Shown: positions 1 through 8,832 of the stretch, one piece after another
How the letters are laid out: each line of letters starts with the position of its first letter
Position numbering within the stretch: the stretch's first letter is position 1
Assembly: GCA_041736175.1 (NCBI GenBank)
Contig: JBGSUI010000188.1
Location: forward strand, 25,829-89,828
Length of the DNA: 64,000 nt
Source of the DNA: Oligoflexales bacterium
GTDB lineage: Bacteria; Bdellovibrionota_B; Oligoflexia; Oligoflexales; CAIYRB01
Reading direction: 5' to 3'
Translations under genes and position numbers: made by a program
The notes under the pieces: generated by a model
Told to the model about the DNA's origin: nothing
Seen by the model: the letters and a program-made list of their open reading frames with translations, nothing else
Databases searched by the model: none

Positions 1-666
1 TACGATCAGCTTTCGGCCCATTACCGAGCTTCCTTGAAGAAACAAGTCAAAACGGCCGGAATGCAAAAAACCAGGATGCAAGTCCTCGAAGCCCTCCTCC
101 GCCTCAGACAGCTAGCCTGCCACCCTGCCTTGATCGATCCGAAAAGGATGGCCGATCCCAGCGCCAAACTGGATCTGTTAGAAGAACAATTGGAAGAGGT
201 GGTCAACAACGGTCGAAAAGCACTGGTGTTTAGTCAATTTACATCTATGCTGGCAATCGTCAAAAACCGTTTAGATGCCCGTGGAATCCCCTATGAATAT
301 CTGGACGGATCGACCACTGACCGTAAAGAAAGAGTGGAGAATTTCCAGAACAACGAAAAAATCCAGTTGTTTTTGATCAGCCTTAAGGCTGGCGGGGTCG
401 GGCTCAATCTAACGGCTGCGGACTATTGTTTTATCCTGGATCCCTGGTGGAATCCCGCCAGCGAAGCCCAGGCCATCGACCGAGCCCATCGGATCGGCCA
501 AAAAAACCATGTTTTTGCCTATCGACTTATTGCCAGGGGGACCGTAGAAGAGAAAATCCTCGAACTCCAAGCGGCCAAACGCAAGCTTGTCGACGGTATC
601 ATTGCGGCAGATGGTGATATCCTCACAGAAATGACCGTCGAAGATCTGGATTTTCTGTTAGGGTAG
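1..666 (+). CDS. SNF2-family helicase/ATPase, C-terminal part (5'-truncated by window edge)
   Basis: Frame open from base 1. Motifs [39 protein letters not shown] and [11 protein letters not shown] are typical of the SNF2 helicase C domain. Confidence 0.95.
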   Translation, partial: YDQLSAHYRASLKKQVKTAGMQKTRMQVLEALLRLRQLACHPALIDPKRMADPSAKLDLLEEQLEEVVNNGRKALVFSQFTSMLAIVKNRLDARGIPYEYLDGSTTDRKERVENFQNNEKIQLFLISLKAGGVGLNLTAADYCFILDPWWNPASEAQAIDRAHRIGQKNHVFAYRLIARGTVEEKILELQAAKRKLVDGIIAADGDILTEMTVEDLDFLLG

Positions 667-706
667 CTTTTTTGCGGAAAGCCGCCACCTTGATCAGGAG
701 GCGCAG

Positions 707-3394
707 ATGGATCTTAAGGCAGAACGCAGCTATTTCGAAGGGTCACCGGAGCAGGTGGCCACTCTTCTCGAAACCGATTTAGTCCTTGGCCTCCCTCTGG
801 ACCAAGTTTCCGAGAGGGCCAAAACATATGGGCCCAACGCCCTAAAAGTGGGAGACCGAAAAAACCCCTTCTTGATGTTCTTAAAGCAGTTTAAGGATTT
901 GTTGATTCTTATCCTTATTGCCGCAGCTTTAGTGACCGCACTCCTGGGAGAGACCACCGACTTTTTTGTTATTTTAGGGATTGTGATACTCAACGGACTA
1001 TTGGGATTTTTCCAGGAGTATCGCACCGAAAAGACTATGCAATCTTTGGCCAAACTGACGCCCCAAAAAGCGCTGGTCCAAAGACAATCCGGCAAAACTA
1101 AATCACATGAAAAACAAATCATCAGCGCCGCTGACCTAGTCCCAGGGGACCTGGTTTTTCTAGAAGCGGGTGACCGCATCCCTGCAGACCTAAGGCTGAT
1201 CACCACGACAAATCTGACCATAAACGAATCCCTGCTCACGGGAGAATCGGTCCCAATCCTCAAGAATCACCAAGGGCTACCAAAAAAAAACCTAGCTCTG
1301 GGAGATCAAGTCAACCTCGCTTTCAGTGGAACCTTTGTCACTAGCGGGCATGGATCGGGCCTGGTTTACGCCGTGGGTCAAAAAACCGAACTCGGCAAGA
1401 TCGCCCATTTAGTGGAGCAAGGGAATGCTGGGCTGACGCCTTTGCAAATGCGGCTCAATCAACTTGGCAGGCGAATTGCCGCCGTCGTTGGAGTCCTTTG
1501 CTGCCTTTACTTTGGCTTTGGTTTTCTTCGGGGCAATGATCCCTTAATTATCTTTATGACCGCCATAAGCCTCGCTGTTGCAGCCATTCCCGAAGCCTTA
1601 CCCGCTGTCATTACCCTTATGCTCGCTCTTGGCGCAAGACGCATGGCGAGACAAAAGGCTTTGGTCAAAAGTTTACCCGCAGTGGAAACTTTAGGATCAG
1701 TCACCTATATCTGTACGGATAAGACAGGGACCTTAACCGAAAATAAAATGCAAGTTCAAAGCCTCTTGATAGCGACTCCTGAGGGGCCAAGCAGGCTGGT
1801 TTTAGCCAGTGATTTTAAAAATCGTGAAGAGCCAAGCTCCCTCGCCCTACTCCAAGCCATGGCCCTCAACCAAAATTGTGAACTCAGTCGCGAGGGCGTC
1901 CTCTTAGGTGATCCCACAGAAATTGCTCTGGCTGTCTTTGCTCAAAATCAAGGTCTTAAGCGGTCTGAGCTAGAGTTGGAGACACCTAGGATTGGCGAAC
2001 TCCCCTTTGCATTTAACACAAGATTTATGGTGACAGCCCATCAACAGAGTGAGGGGATAGGGAAGAGTGGAGTCCAAAAATCTACTTTACTAATTGTAAA
2101 GGGTGCAGCTGAAGCTGTGATCAAGCTGCTCCCACCGCACCAGCAACAGGGGTGGAGTGATGCAGCCAATCATCTTGCCACCCTTGGCCTCCGGGTTTTG
2201 CTTTATGCCACCACAGAGACCGAGCAAGTTAAGTTGCCTTTAGAGTTGGCCCAAATTTCCCAATACAGCTTTCAGCCCATAGGACTCGTTGGGCTCGAAG
2301 ATCCACCGCGCCAAGAGGTTGCAGAGTCCATCGCCAAATGCCACCGAGCAGGGATCAAGGTCGTTATGATGACGGGGGATCACCCATTGACAGCCAGGGG
2401 GATTGCGCTCAAAACAGGCCTTATCCACGACAGCATGTCCCTGGAGCATCAAAAGGTGACCCTTGGCTCAGAGTTGGACAACCTACCCGACGACGTCTTA
2501 ACTGATACGATCCACAACACCAGGGTCTATGCCCGCGTCAACCCTGAACAAAAAATCAGGATTGTAGAACACCTTCAAAAACAAGGTGAGTTTGTGGCGA
2601 TGACAGGGGACGGTGTCAATGACGCCCCCGCTCTCAAACGAGCCAATATTGGAATCGCTATGGGTCTTAGTGGAACCGATGTGGCACGGGAAGCCTCCCA
2701 GATGGTTCTTTTGGACGATCATTTTGAAACCATTGTGGTGGCCATTAAAGAAGGTCGACGCATCTATGACAATATTCGAAAGTTTGTTCGCTACAGTTTA
2801 ACAACTAACTCCGGTGAGCTTGGAACCATGTTGTTGGCCCCCTTCTTTGGGCTTCCTATACCACTGTTGCCAATCCATATCCTGTGGATTAATCTTATCA
2901 CCGATGGGCTTCCTGGACTTTCTCTTATCGGTGAAAAAGGCGAGCCCGACATTATGGACCGTCCACCTCAAAACCCTAAAGAAAGTATACTGGCAAGGGG
3001 CCTGTGGCAGCATGTGCTTTGGGTGGGAATCCTTTTGGCCGCGATCAATATCGGCACGGCAGCTTGGTTTTATTTCGATGGTTCTCCAAGGTGGCAAACC
3101 GTGGTTTTCACCACCGTGACATTGAGCCAATTAGGGCACCTCCTAGGGATTCGGTCCAGATCCAGAACCATCTTTAGTAAAGATTTTTTCACTAATCCTT
3201 GGCTTTTGGCCAGCATCCTTTGGGCTGTTTCCATGCAACTCCTCGTTATCTACCATCCGACCCTCAATCGAATTTTTAAAACCACGCCTCTATCGATTTC
3301 TGAGTTTAGTCTTGCTGGAGGATTTGCTGTCATAGTTTTAGTGGCTGTAGAACTAGAAAAGCGCTGGCATTGCCGAAAAATGCGCCTCATTTAA
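707..3394 (+). CDS. Cation-translocating P-type ATPase (type IIA, Ca2+-ATPase-like)
   Basis: TGES, IPEAL, DKTGTLT phosphorylation motif, KGA, TGD, GDGVNDAPAL, M6 INLITDGLP, multiple hydrophobic segments. Confidence 0.95.
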   Translation: MDLKAERSYFEGSPEQVATLLETDLVLGLPLDQVSERAKTYGPNALKVGDRKNPFLMFLKQFKDLLILILIAAALVTALLGETTDFFVILGIVILNGLLGFFQEYRTEKTMQSLAKLTPQKALVQRQSGKTKSHEKQIISAADLVPGDLVFLEAGDRIPADLRLITTTNLTINESLLTGESVPILKNHQGLPKKNLALGDQVNLAFSGTFVTSGHGSGLVYAVGQKTELGKIAHLVEQGNAGLTPLQMRLNQLGRRIAAVVGVLCCLYFGFGFLRGNDPLIIFMTAISLAVAAIPEALPAVITLMLALGARRMARQKALVKSLPAVETLGSVTYICTDKTGTLTENKMQVQSLLIATPEGPSRLVLASDFKNREEPSSLALLQAMALNQNCELSREGVLLGDPTEIALAVFAQNQGLKRSELELETPRIGELPFAFNTRFMVTAHQQSEGIGKSGVQKSTLLIVKGAAEAVIKLLPPHQQQGWSDAANHLATLGLRVLLYATTETEQVKLPLELAQISQYSFQPIGLVGLEDPPRQEVAESIAKCHRAGIKVVMMTGDHPLTARGIALKTGLIHDSMSLEHQKVTLGSELDNLPDDVLTDTIHNTRVYARVNPEQKIRIVEHLQKQGEFVAMTGDGVNDAPALKRANIGIAMGLSGTDVAREASQMVLLDDHFETIVVAIKEGRRIYDNIRKFVRYSLTTNSGELGTMLLAPFFGLPIPLLPIHILWINLITDGLPGLSLIGEKGEPDIMDRPPQNPKESILARGLWQHVLWVGILLAAINIGTAAWFYFDGSPRWQTVVFTTVTLSQLGHLLGIRSRSRTIFSKDFFTNPWLLASILWAVSMQLLVIYHPTLNRIFKTTPLSISEFSLAGGFAVIVLVAVELEKRWHCRKMRLI

Positions 3395-5529
3395 GCCACA
3401 TTTTTAAGTATCGTTGTCGATACTGAAGGCAACTGGATCACAAATCTCGTGTTTGGGTGCTTGCTATCAAGGGTCAAACTCCCCTTATGGCTCTCGATAA
3501 TGCCAAGGGAAATACTGAGTCCTAGCCCTGTTCCTTTGCCGACAGGTTTTGTTGTGAAAAAAGGCTGAAGCATCTTTTCTGCGATGTCTGGTGGAATCCC
3601 TAGACCCGAGTCGGTGATTGTGATGCTACATTGGGTTCCATCATCCACAAGATCGATCTCAATCCATGGCTGTTCTGTCATGACTACGGCATCATACGCA
3701 TTATTTAATAGGTTGACCAAAACTTGAGAAATCTGAACGGGCCGGCAGTAAATGCTTTGTTGACTATTCAAGCGCGCAGTCAGTCTGATACCACTGGCAT
3801 CCATGCGAGGTTTACAGAGATCCAAACAGTCTTCGACCAGTTTTAGAACCGGTATTTTTTCAATTGGGTCAGAGTCACCCGCTCTTGCAAAGGCCCTTAG
3901 CCCATCTATAATCTTGCTAATTCTCGAGACCGAGCGGCGCATAGCATCGATGGTCTTAGGAACAACTTTTGCGGCATCAGGGTGATCTATCAGTCTACCC
4001 AGTTGTTGTAGATAACCATCGATGATGGCGAGGGGATTTTTAACCTCATGGGCAATCCCTGCTGCCATCTCTCCTAGAGAGGTAAGTCGGGAGGCCGTGA
4101 CTAACTTGGACTGCTGGATTTTGGCATCATGCTCGAGTCTATATTGCTCACTTAGGTCGCGGATAAAGGCCGTAAAAATCTTGCTTCCACTCGGAAGATG
4201 GATAGCAACGAGAGAAAGCTCGATGGGAAATTCTCGACTGCTTGCATGTTTGCCCGGTAATCTAAGTCTTTTGGAGATTTTATCCGTCCGTTGATCAGAT
4301 AGATATTTTTGAAAAGCCTTCCGATGGGCGGCCTTGTGGGTGTCGGGGATAATGGTATGTTCGAGAGACTTTCCGATCACGCTTTCTTTGGCCAATCCAA
4401 AAATCGCTTCCGCAGCGGGATTAAATTCTAAAATAGTTCCTGTTTCATCCGCTGAAATAATGGCATCGATGGCACCCTGTAAAGCCATCTCCCTACGCAT
4501 CGAGATCTCAAATATCTGTTTGGAAGTGATCTCATTGAGACTTTGCATTCGTTTTATCCTATTGACCGAATAAACCGTCAGGAGAACGCTGAATCCCCAA
4601 AGCAAAAGAGCAGTTAATAATGACCAGTTACGAAATTTTTCCAGGATCCCCATCCTGATTTCAAGCAGTGTGGTCAGCTCGGCATGGGAGATCGACCAGA
4701 AAGACTTTAGACTGTCCATCGAAAGTATCAAATCGCGGTGAAGTTCATCGGGTTTCTGATTTGTCTGGAGTCCCGAACTTAACTCTTGGAGTTTCTCAAG
4801 AAGACCTTGCAAAGACCCTGTAAGTCTGCCGCTTAAGGAAGGATTGACACCGTTAAAATTGGCGTCCTCCCGCAAGGCACTTGCGGTTTTCGTCTGCAAG
4901 GCTGGGATCACTTCATATTGAAGCAGGGCTAAAAGTCCTAATCCTTTTGACCAATTGGGCCGCATCGTATAGTCCCCTAGGACACCGGTGTCCAGGAGAT
5001 AGGCAACGGCCCTAGGAATACAAATAACTGTAAGATCCATAAGATAATAGGTGTCCAATTCTGGATCTAGGATAAGATTGGAAGTGTCTCCTACATGGCG
5101 AATGAGCTCAAGCATATGCACTAGGGCTTTTATTAGATCGCTTGGATCAGGTTTAACGCTGATCTGCTCCATAAGATTCATGAGTTTTTTGGGGGCGAGA
5201 TGCTCCCGCCCTCGAATAAACAAAGAATTGTCATCGGCCCCCACCTCGGACCCAAGCTCCTGATCGATATTTCTAAAGGCCGTCAGTGATGAGATAAGAT
5301 GAGCGTTATTTGGTTTGGAGGAACCTAGGAGGAGATCAACTGTCTGAAAAGCCATCAGCCCCAGGGGGTATAAGTACCTAAGTCCCTTGATTTCTTTTTC
5401 ACTAAATTCGATCTGTGAATTCTTTGTATTTAAGAAAAACAAAAAAAGAAGCGTAATTGGTACTGAATAGACGATAGATACCAAGACTGGTAAACGAGAT
5501 GTATTGATATATGATGGCTTTGGACTCAT
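3391..5529 (-). CDS. Membrane PAS-domain sensor histidine kinase
   Basis: Two TM segments around an extracytoplasmic domain (SNLILDPELDTYYLMD), PAS (FNPAAEAIFG), H-box AHEVKNPL, N-box NLLNNA, G-boxes DSGLGI and GTGLGL. ATG at 5529 preferred over TTG at 5538. Confidence 0.93.
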   Translation of the reverse strand: MSPKPSYINTSRLPVLVSIVYSVPITLLFLFFLNTKNSQIEFSEKEIKGLRYLYPLGLMAFQTVDLLLGSSKPNNAHLISSLTAFRNIDQELGSEVGADDNSLFIRGREHLAPKKLMNLMEQISVKPDPSDLIKALVHMLELIRHVGDTSNLILDPELDTYYLMDLTVICIPRAVAYLLDTGVLGDYTMRPNWSKGLGLLALLQYEVIPALQTKTASALREDANFNGVNPSLSGRLTGSLQGLLEKLQELSSGLQTNQKPDELHRDLILSMDSLKSFWSISHAELTTLLEIRMGILEKFRNWSLLTALLLWGFSVLLTVYSVNRIKRMQSLNEITSKQIFEISMRREMALQGAIDAIISADETGTILEFNPAAEAIFGLAKESVIGKSLEHTIIPDTHKAAHRKAFQKYLSDQRTDKISKRLRLPGKHASSREFPIELSLVAIHLPSGSKIFTAFIRDLSEQYRLEHDAKIQQSKLVTASRLTSLGEMAAGIAHEVKNPLAIIDGYLQQLGRLIDHPDAAKVVPKTIDAMRRSVSRISKIIDGLRAFARAGDSDPIEKIPVLKLVEDCLDLCKPRMDASGIRLTARLNSQQSIYCRPVQISQVLVNLLNNAYDAVVMTEQPWIEIDLVDDGTQCSITITDSGLGIPPDIAEKMLQPFFTTKPVGKGTGLGLSISLGIIESHKGSLTLDSKHPNTRFVIQLPSVSTTILKNVA

Positions 5530-5604
5530 TATAATCAAGGTATCGGATGAGTGCCAAAGTTCTTGATGGATTTAAAAGTACTTGGCCTTTAAAAATAAGG
5601 AAAT

Positions 5605-5650
5605 TCATTGCGATAGACTGCCCTGCTACGCTATAAGGAGTCCGGTTTAG
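5605..5650 (+). repeat. Direct repeat copy 1 (46 bp), left boundary of island
   Basis: tcattgcgatagactgccctgctacgctataaggagtccggtttag; 45/46 identical to 8769-8814. Confidence 0.95.
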
Positions 5651-5661
5651 CCAAACGTATT

Positions 5662-5982
5662 TCACCGGCGGATGTCTTCCATTAATTTAAGCACATCGAA
5701 TGGACCGACGCCTTTTGCCATCCCGCACAAAGTTTCGAGCTGTTGCTCTATAGCTGCCGATTCTGCAGGTGACAATTGACGTTCGATCTGACCGGCGCTC
5801 TTTAGTGTTGAGGCAGTCAAGTTATGAATGAATTTAGCGACTTGCCTCTTTTTATCCTCAGACATCTTCTCAATAGCCAGGAAAAGCTCTTCGGCTAACC
5901 TGTTTTTCATCACTTCCTCCCCATAGGGCATCGCACCTCTGTGGCTGGAGGGATCACCAGCCTTCTCCGTATCAATCGGCAT
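5662..5982 (-). CDS. Small hypothetical protein, possibly a type II antitoxin
   Basis: 106-aa ORF (true start may be MKNRL). Helical N-region EKMSEDKKRQVAKFI and C-terminal LCGMAKG...LMEDIRR resemble small antitoxins. Its TGA overlaps a GTG. Confidence 0.45.
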   Translation of the reverse strand: MPIDTEKAGDPSSHRGAMPYGEEVMKNRLAEELFLAIEKMSEDKKRQVAKFIHNLTASTLKSAGQIERQLSPAESAAIEQQLETLCGMAKGVGPFDVLKLMEDIRR

Positions 5983-6157
5983 ATTTCTAAAACCCCTTAA
6001 AACTCAAATAGGTTTAATCTAAAAATCTAGGCCAACTCCCTAAAAATTATCACAAATCCCATTATTCGCCCACCGCCCAAATATATTTATATGGGATCAA
6101 ACTCTCTAGACGAGTGTGTCGTCCCGGGGCAAACCGCTTCGGAAAAGTCGGAAAAGG

Positions 6158-6177
6158 TGGACCCAGAGTTGGGTCCA
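6158..6177 (-). terminator. Putative intrinsic terminator
   Basis: Perfect 8-bp stem tggaccca-gagt-tgggtcca followed on the minus strand by cctttt, just downstream of ORF 6194-6541. Confidence 0.5.
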
Positions 6178-6193
6178 ATTATGCCTAGCACCT

Positions 6194-6541
6194 TTACTTT
6201 GGGGCTCCATCTAAATTTTTATGATCACCCTTTTCTTTGCCTGGAAAGAAGTCTTTGATTTTGCCCCCGCTGTTAAAAAATTTTTGCAAAGACTGGAGAT
6301 CTCCTTCTGAACCAGGACCTTCAAGGACTTTTAAAGCTTCAAGGTTTTCTGAATCGACCTTGTAGGTTCCATATTTGACTCTATAATTTTTCTGAATTTT
6401 ATCGATCGAAACAACGACTAAATCACCTGGTTTTAGCCTGCGCTCATAAAACGAGGACTTGGGATCGACCACTACAATCTCTAAGGTGTCGGCGCAATTG
6501 CTTTCGTTGACCCAGCAGCAGCTCCAGATATCGCGAGCCAC
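6194..6541 (-). CDS. Hypothetical protein, possibly a 5'-truncated fragment
   Basis: 115-aa ORF. The AT-rich part (to ~6490) reads as protein-like; the first ~16 codons lie in a GC-richer segment of apparently different origin. Confidence 0.4.
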   Translation of the reverse strand: MARDIWSCCWVNESNCADTLEIVVVDPKSSFYERRLKPGDLVVVSIDKIQKNYRVKYGTYKVDSENLEALKVLEGPGSEGDLQSLQKFFNSGGKIKDFFPGKEKGDHKNLDGAPK

Positions 6542-6544
6542 AGG

Positions 6545-6660
6545 TATGATACGCTTCTTCGCAGAGAACTTGAAGCCGTTTGACGATACGCATCAGACTC
6601 AACACCGGCGACATCATCGTTGGCACTATTGGATCGGTACAGCGCCAGAAATATTTGACA
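6545..6660 (+). pseudogene. Frameshifted fragment of a class III adenylate/guanylate cyclase
   Basis: 6580-6654 translates as LTIRIRLNTGDIIVGTIGSVQRQKY, matching the class III cyclase motif IRIGLNTG.VIVGNIGS..R..Y. The preceding FFAENLKP is in another frame. Confidence 0.55.
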
Positions 6661-6855
6661 CTACTTGTGCTGAGGCCAAAACCTAGGGAATCCGTTCTGC
6701 AGCAACCGCTTCGTCAATCTTGACTTGCTGACAGCTGACCCAATCGCCCTTTGTTCTTCTAAGGCGAAGAGATAGAGCAATCAATATCCTTTTTTTCGAA
6801 CCAGCGGTAAATGGAAAGACTGGCTGGATAGCTTAAAAATCAGAAACAAATTCGC

Positions 6856-7734
6856 TTATCGAAACGAACCGAGCGCCCGTGCCACTTCGTGCTTGTGGCG
6901 ACGATTGCACTCTGCCCAGCGAAGTTCGTCGGCGTCGAGCGCGGCAAGAAATGCAAATCGCTGCCGCACCTTGGCTTCCCAATCCGTGATGTCCGCTGGA
7001 TGAACGAGTACTCCGATCGGTGCCTTGGGAAAGTCCCCTGGGGATCTCTGAGCTAGGACATTGTCGGGTAGCAATGGCGCGGTGCCACGTCCGTCGTCAA
7101 CGACGTCGCCATAGACTTTTAGTACCCAAAGTCGTCTGACCAAGGCTTCCGGAAGAGGCCGAGTGGCGAACCATGCAAGGTCATACAGATCCCTTGCGAG
7201 CGAGACCCGGCGGTACCGCGCCAATTTTTCTGCACAAGCCTCGGCCTCAGCTATGATGGGCAAGGCGCCAAGAGTAAAGTCATACTCGTCGTGGATCGGC
7301 ATGCGCAATACAGGGACCCGTTCGGGGGGTAACGCGAGTGGTCGCCTCGCGCACTCAACACGCGCAATGCCCAAGACGTCACCCAGAACCGGGTGGCTAA
7401 CATCGAGCTGCCACGTGCGGGCGTCGTTGGACGGCTTCGACAAAGTGAAAGAAAAATCCCCAATGCGGGCATTGTTCATCGCATCACAGACATCAACGAC
7501 ATCATCCTCGTTCGGTACTGCAAGGTCGATATCGGTGGAAAAGCGCCCCTGATTGCCGATGCGGCATTTGCGTAGGCTTGTACCGCCCTTGAATGCGATG
7601 TCGTCACGATCAAATATACCGACCAACTCCAGTACGTGAAGGAGATGATCTTGGGCCACATCAAGCAGGGCCGGCACATAGGCATCTTGGCGAGTACTGG
7701 CATGACGAAGGATTAGAGCGCGCGTCAGTGGCAT
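6856..7734 (-). CDS. abiEii: AbiEii-family nucleotidyltransferase toxin (type IV TA; MenT4/Rv2826c-like)
   Basis: FKGGTSL, RFSTDID, AEKL, ARDLYDL DUF1814 motifs. Long stretches such as AEAEACAEKLARYRRV and LVRRLWVLKV resemble M. tuberculosis Rv2826c as I recall it. Confidence 0.92.
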   Translation of the reverse strand: MPLTRALILRHASTRQDAYVPALLDVAQDHLLHVLELVGIFDRDDIAFKGGTSLRKCRIGNQGRFSTDIDLAVPNEDDVVDVCDAMNNARIGDFSFTLSKPSNDARTWQLDVSHPVLGDVLGIARVECARRPLALPPERVPVLRMPIHDEYDFTLGALPIIAEAEACAEKLARYRRVSLARDLYDLAWFATRPLPEALVRRLWVLKVYGDVVDDGRGTAPLLPDNVLAQRSPGDFPKAPIGVLVHPADITDWEAKVRQRFAFLAALDADELRWAECNRRHKHEVARALGSFR

Positions 7735-7739
7735 TTGTC

Positions 7740-8606
7740 TTAGGCCTTCTTATTGGCGGTAAGCAGCGGCGCAACCACATGGTCGCTGACGCCGGTCCTG
7801 GAGTCCCAATGCGCGGGTCCGGAGGTGCCGATCTTTGTTGCCTGCAAGGTCTTTGGTAGAAGGCTCAGCACGCCACGTTTACCACTCAGGCGCATCAAGT
7901 AGACAGCCCGTTGACGTGTCGCCCCCGTTGCTACCTCAAGGAGTGGAGCAAGCCGACTGAGATCAATATCGGCGCAGAAGTCAGCAAGCCTGCCGGCGAA
8001 ATCAACCCATGCATCAAAGCTGGCCGGACGCGACGCGATCTGCACGAGGAGCGCCTCCGGGCCGAATCCCGGCAGACCTTCGGCCCAGTTCAAAAGGTCA
8101 AGGCCTCTCTTGCGGAGGAGTTTTATCGACGGCGCGAGAGCCTGCGACGAGAGCCCTTTCGGAAACAACGTAGTGACCCGGCTAACGCTACCCCGCAGAG
8201 CTTTGGGGAACGGAACGTGATCTTCGAGCCAAATGGCCGGACGATCCGGACGTCGATCAAGATATCCCAGGTGCCACGCCGCGCTAGACCCAGCGAGAAA
8301 GAATCGAGCACTCGGTTTAGTCAGGCGCCAGCCGCGCAGGTCAATATAAGGGTCAGCAAGGGACTCCACACCAGGAGACAAGAACGCATAAGCGCCATTG
8401 AAATGCGTCCGGCGGAGCCATCCTAGCCGGACAAGCCGCGACAGGGCCACCTCGGCTCCGACAGTGCATTGACTCTCCTCAAGATAGCAGGCGATGATTT
8501 CGCGTGTAACGACGGCGGGGGCACGCTGCACCATATGTGCAATGAGTCCAGCCGCCCACTTAGGTACGACCCGCGCAGCCGGATTTGCTGCTGAAAAAGA
8601 CTGCAT
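7740..8606 (-). CDS. abiEi: AbiEi-family antitoxin/transcriptional repressor (MenA4/Rv2827c-like)
   Basis: 5 bp upstream of the toxin. N-terminal winged-helix-like LSRLVRLGWL; SAAWHLGYLDR and GPEALLVQIASRPASF resemble Rv2827c as recalled. Confidence 0.88.
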   Translation of the reverse strand: MQSFSAANPAARVVPKWAAGLIAHMVQRAPAVVTREIIACYLEESQCTVGAEVALSRLVRLGWLRRTHFNGAYAFLSPGVESLADPYIDLRGWRLTKPSARFFLAGSSAAWHLGYLDRRPDRPAIWLEDHVPFPKALRGSVSRVTTLFPKGLSSQALAPSIKLLRKRGLDLLNWAEGLPGFGPEALLVQIASRPASFDAWVDFAGRLADFCADIDLSRLAPLLEVATGATRQRAVYLMRLSGKRGVLSLLPKTLQATKIGTSGPAHWDSRTGVSDHVVAPLLTANKKA

Positions 8607-8664
8607 ATTTGCCCACTGTCAATTGAAGTCTGAATGCGCAACCTACTTAATAACTCAGACTCTG

Positions 8665-8705
8665 TTTCACAGTAAATCATACTGCGAAATAAAGCCAACT
8701 TGCAA
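8665..8705 (-). promoter_or_regulatory. Putative sigma70 promoter of the abiE operon overlapped by an inverted-repeat operator
   Basis: Minus strand TTGCAA (8705-8700), 18 bp, TATGAT (8681-8676). Inverted repeat tttcacagta-N5-tactgcgaaa (8665-8689, 9/10 match) centred on the -10. Confidence 0.6.
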
Positions 8706-8768
8706 CATTTAAATCATGAATTAGACCTCAATTCACAGTAACCGTGGCCGCAAGAGAATAAGGGAAAA

Positions 8769-8814
8769 TCATTGCGATAGACTGCCCTGCTAAGCTATAA
8801 GGAGTCCGGTTTAG
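8769..8814 (+). repeat. Direct repeat copy 2 (46 bp), right boundary; contains probable rlmN promoter
   Basis: tcattgcgatagactgccctgctaagctataaggagtccggtttag. Contains TTGCGA-N18-TATAAG and TGcTAAGCT, and ends 18 bp before the rlmN ATG. Confidence 0.9.
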
Positions 8815-8832
8815 GCATGGATAGAGTTCCTT

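Larger units (their letters stand above)
5605..8814. mobile_element. Small direct-repeat-flanked accessory island (no integrase seen)
   Basis: Bounded by 46-bp direct repeats. Contains a GC-rich AbiE TA pair, gene fragments and a small hypothetical gene. Confidence 0.6.

Noticed and set aside
730..3130. Antisense and out-of-frame ORFs within the P-type ATPase (and similar shadow ORFs across r-protein, mfd, top6B and nuo genes)
   Set aside because: They overlap well-supported genes and show no recognisable motifs.
5402..5665. 87-aa ORF MKYVWLNRTP...
   Set aside because: After five codons it runs through the direct repeat and overlaps the kinase gene out of frame; not a credible full gene.
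6139..6156. Tandem 9-mer tcggaaaag x2
   Set aside because: Too short and only two copies; no supporting context.
5605..8814. Direct repeats as a CRISPR array or tRNA-derived att site
   Set aside because: Only two copies 3.1 kb apart, no spacers or cas genes, and no tRNA features such as a T-loop GTTCGA or CCA end.
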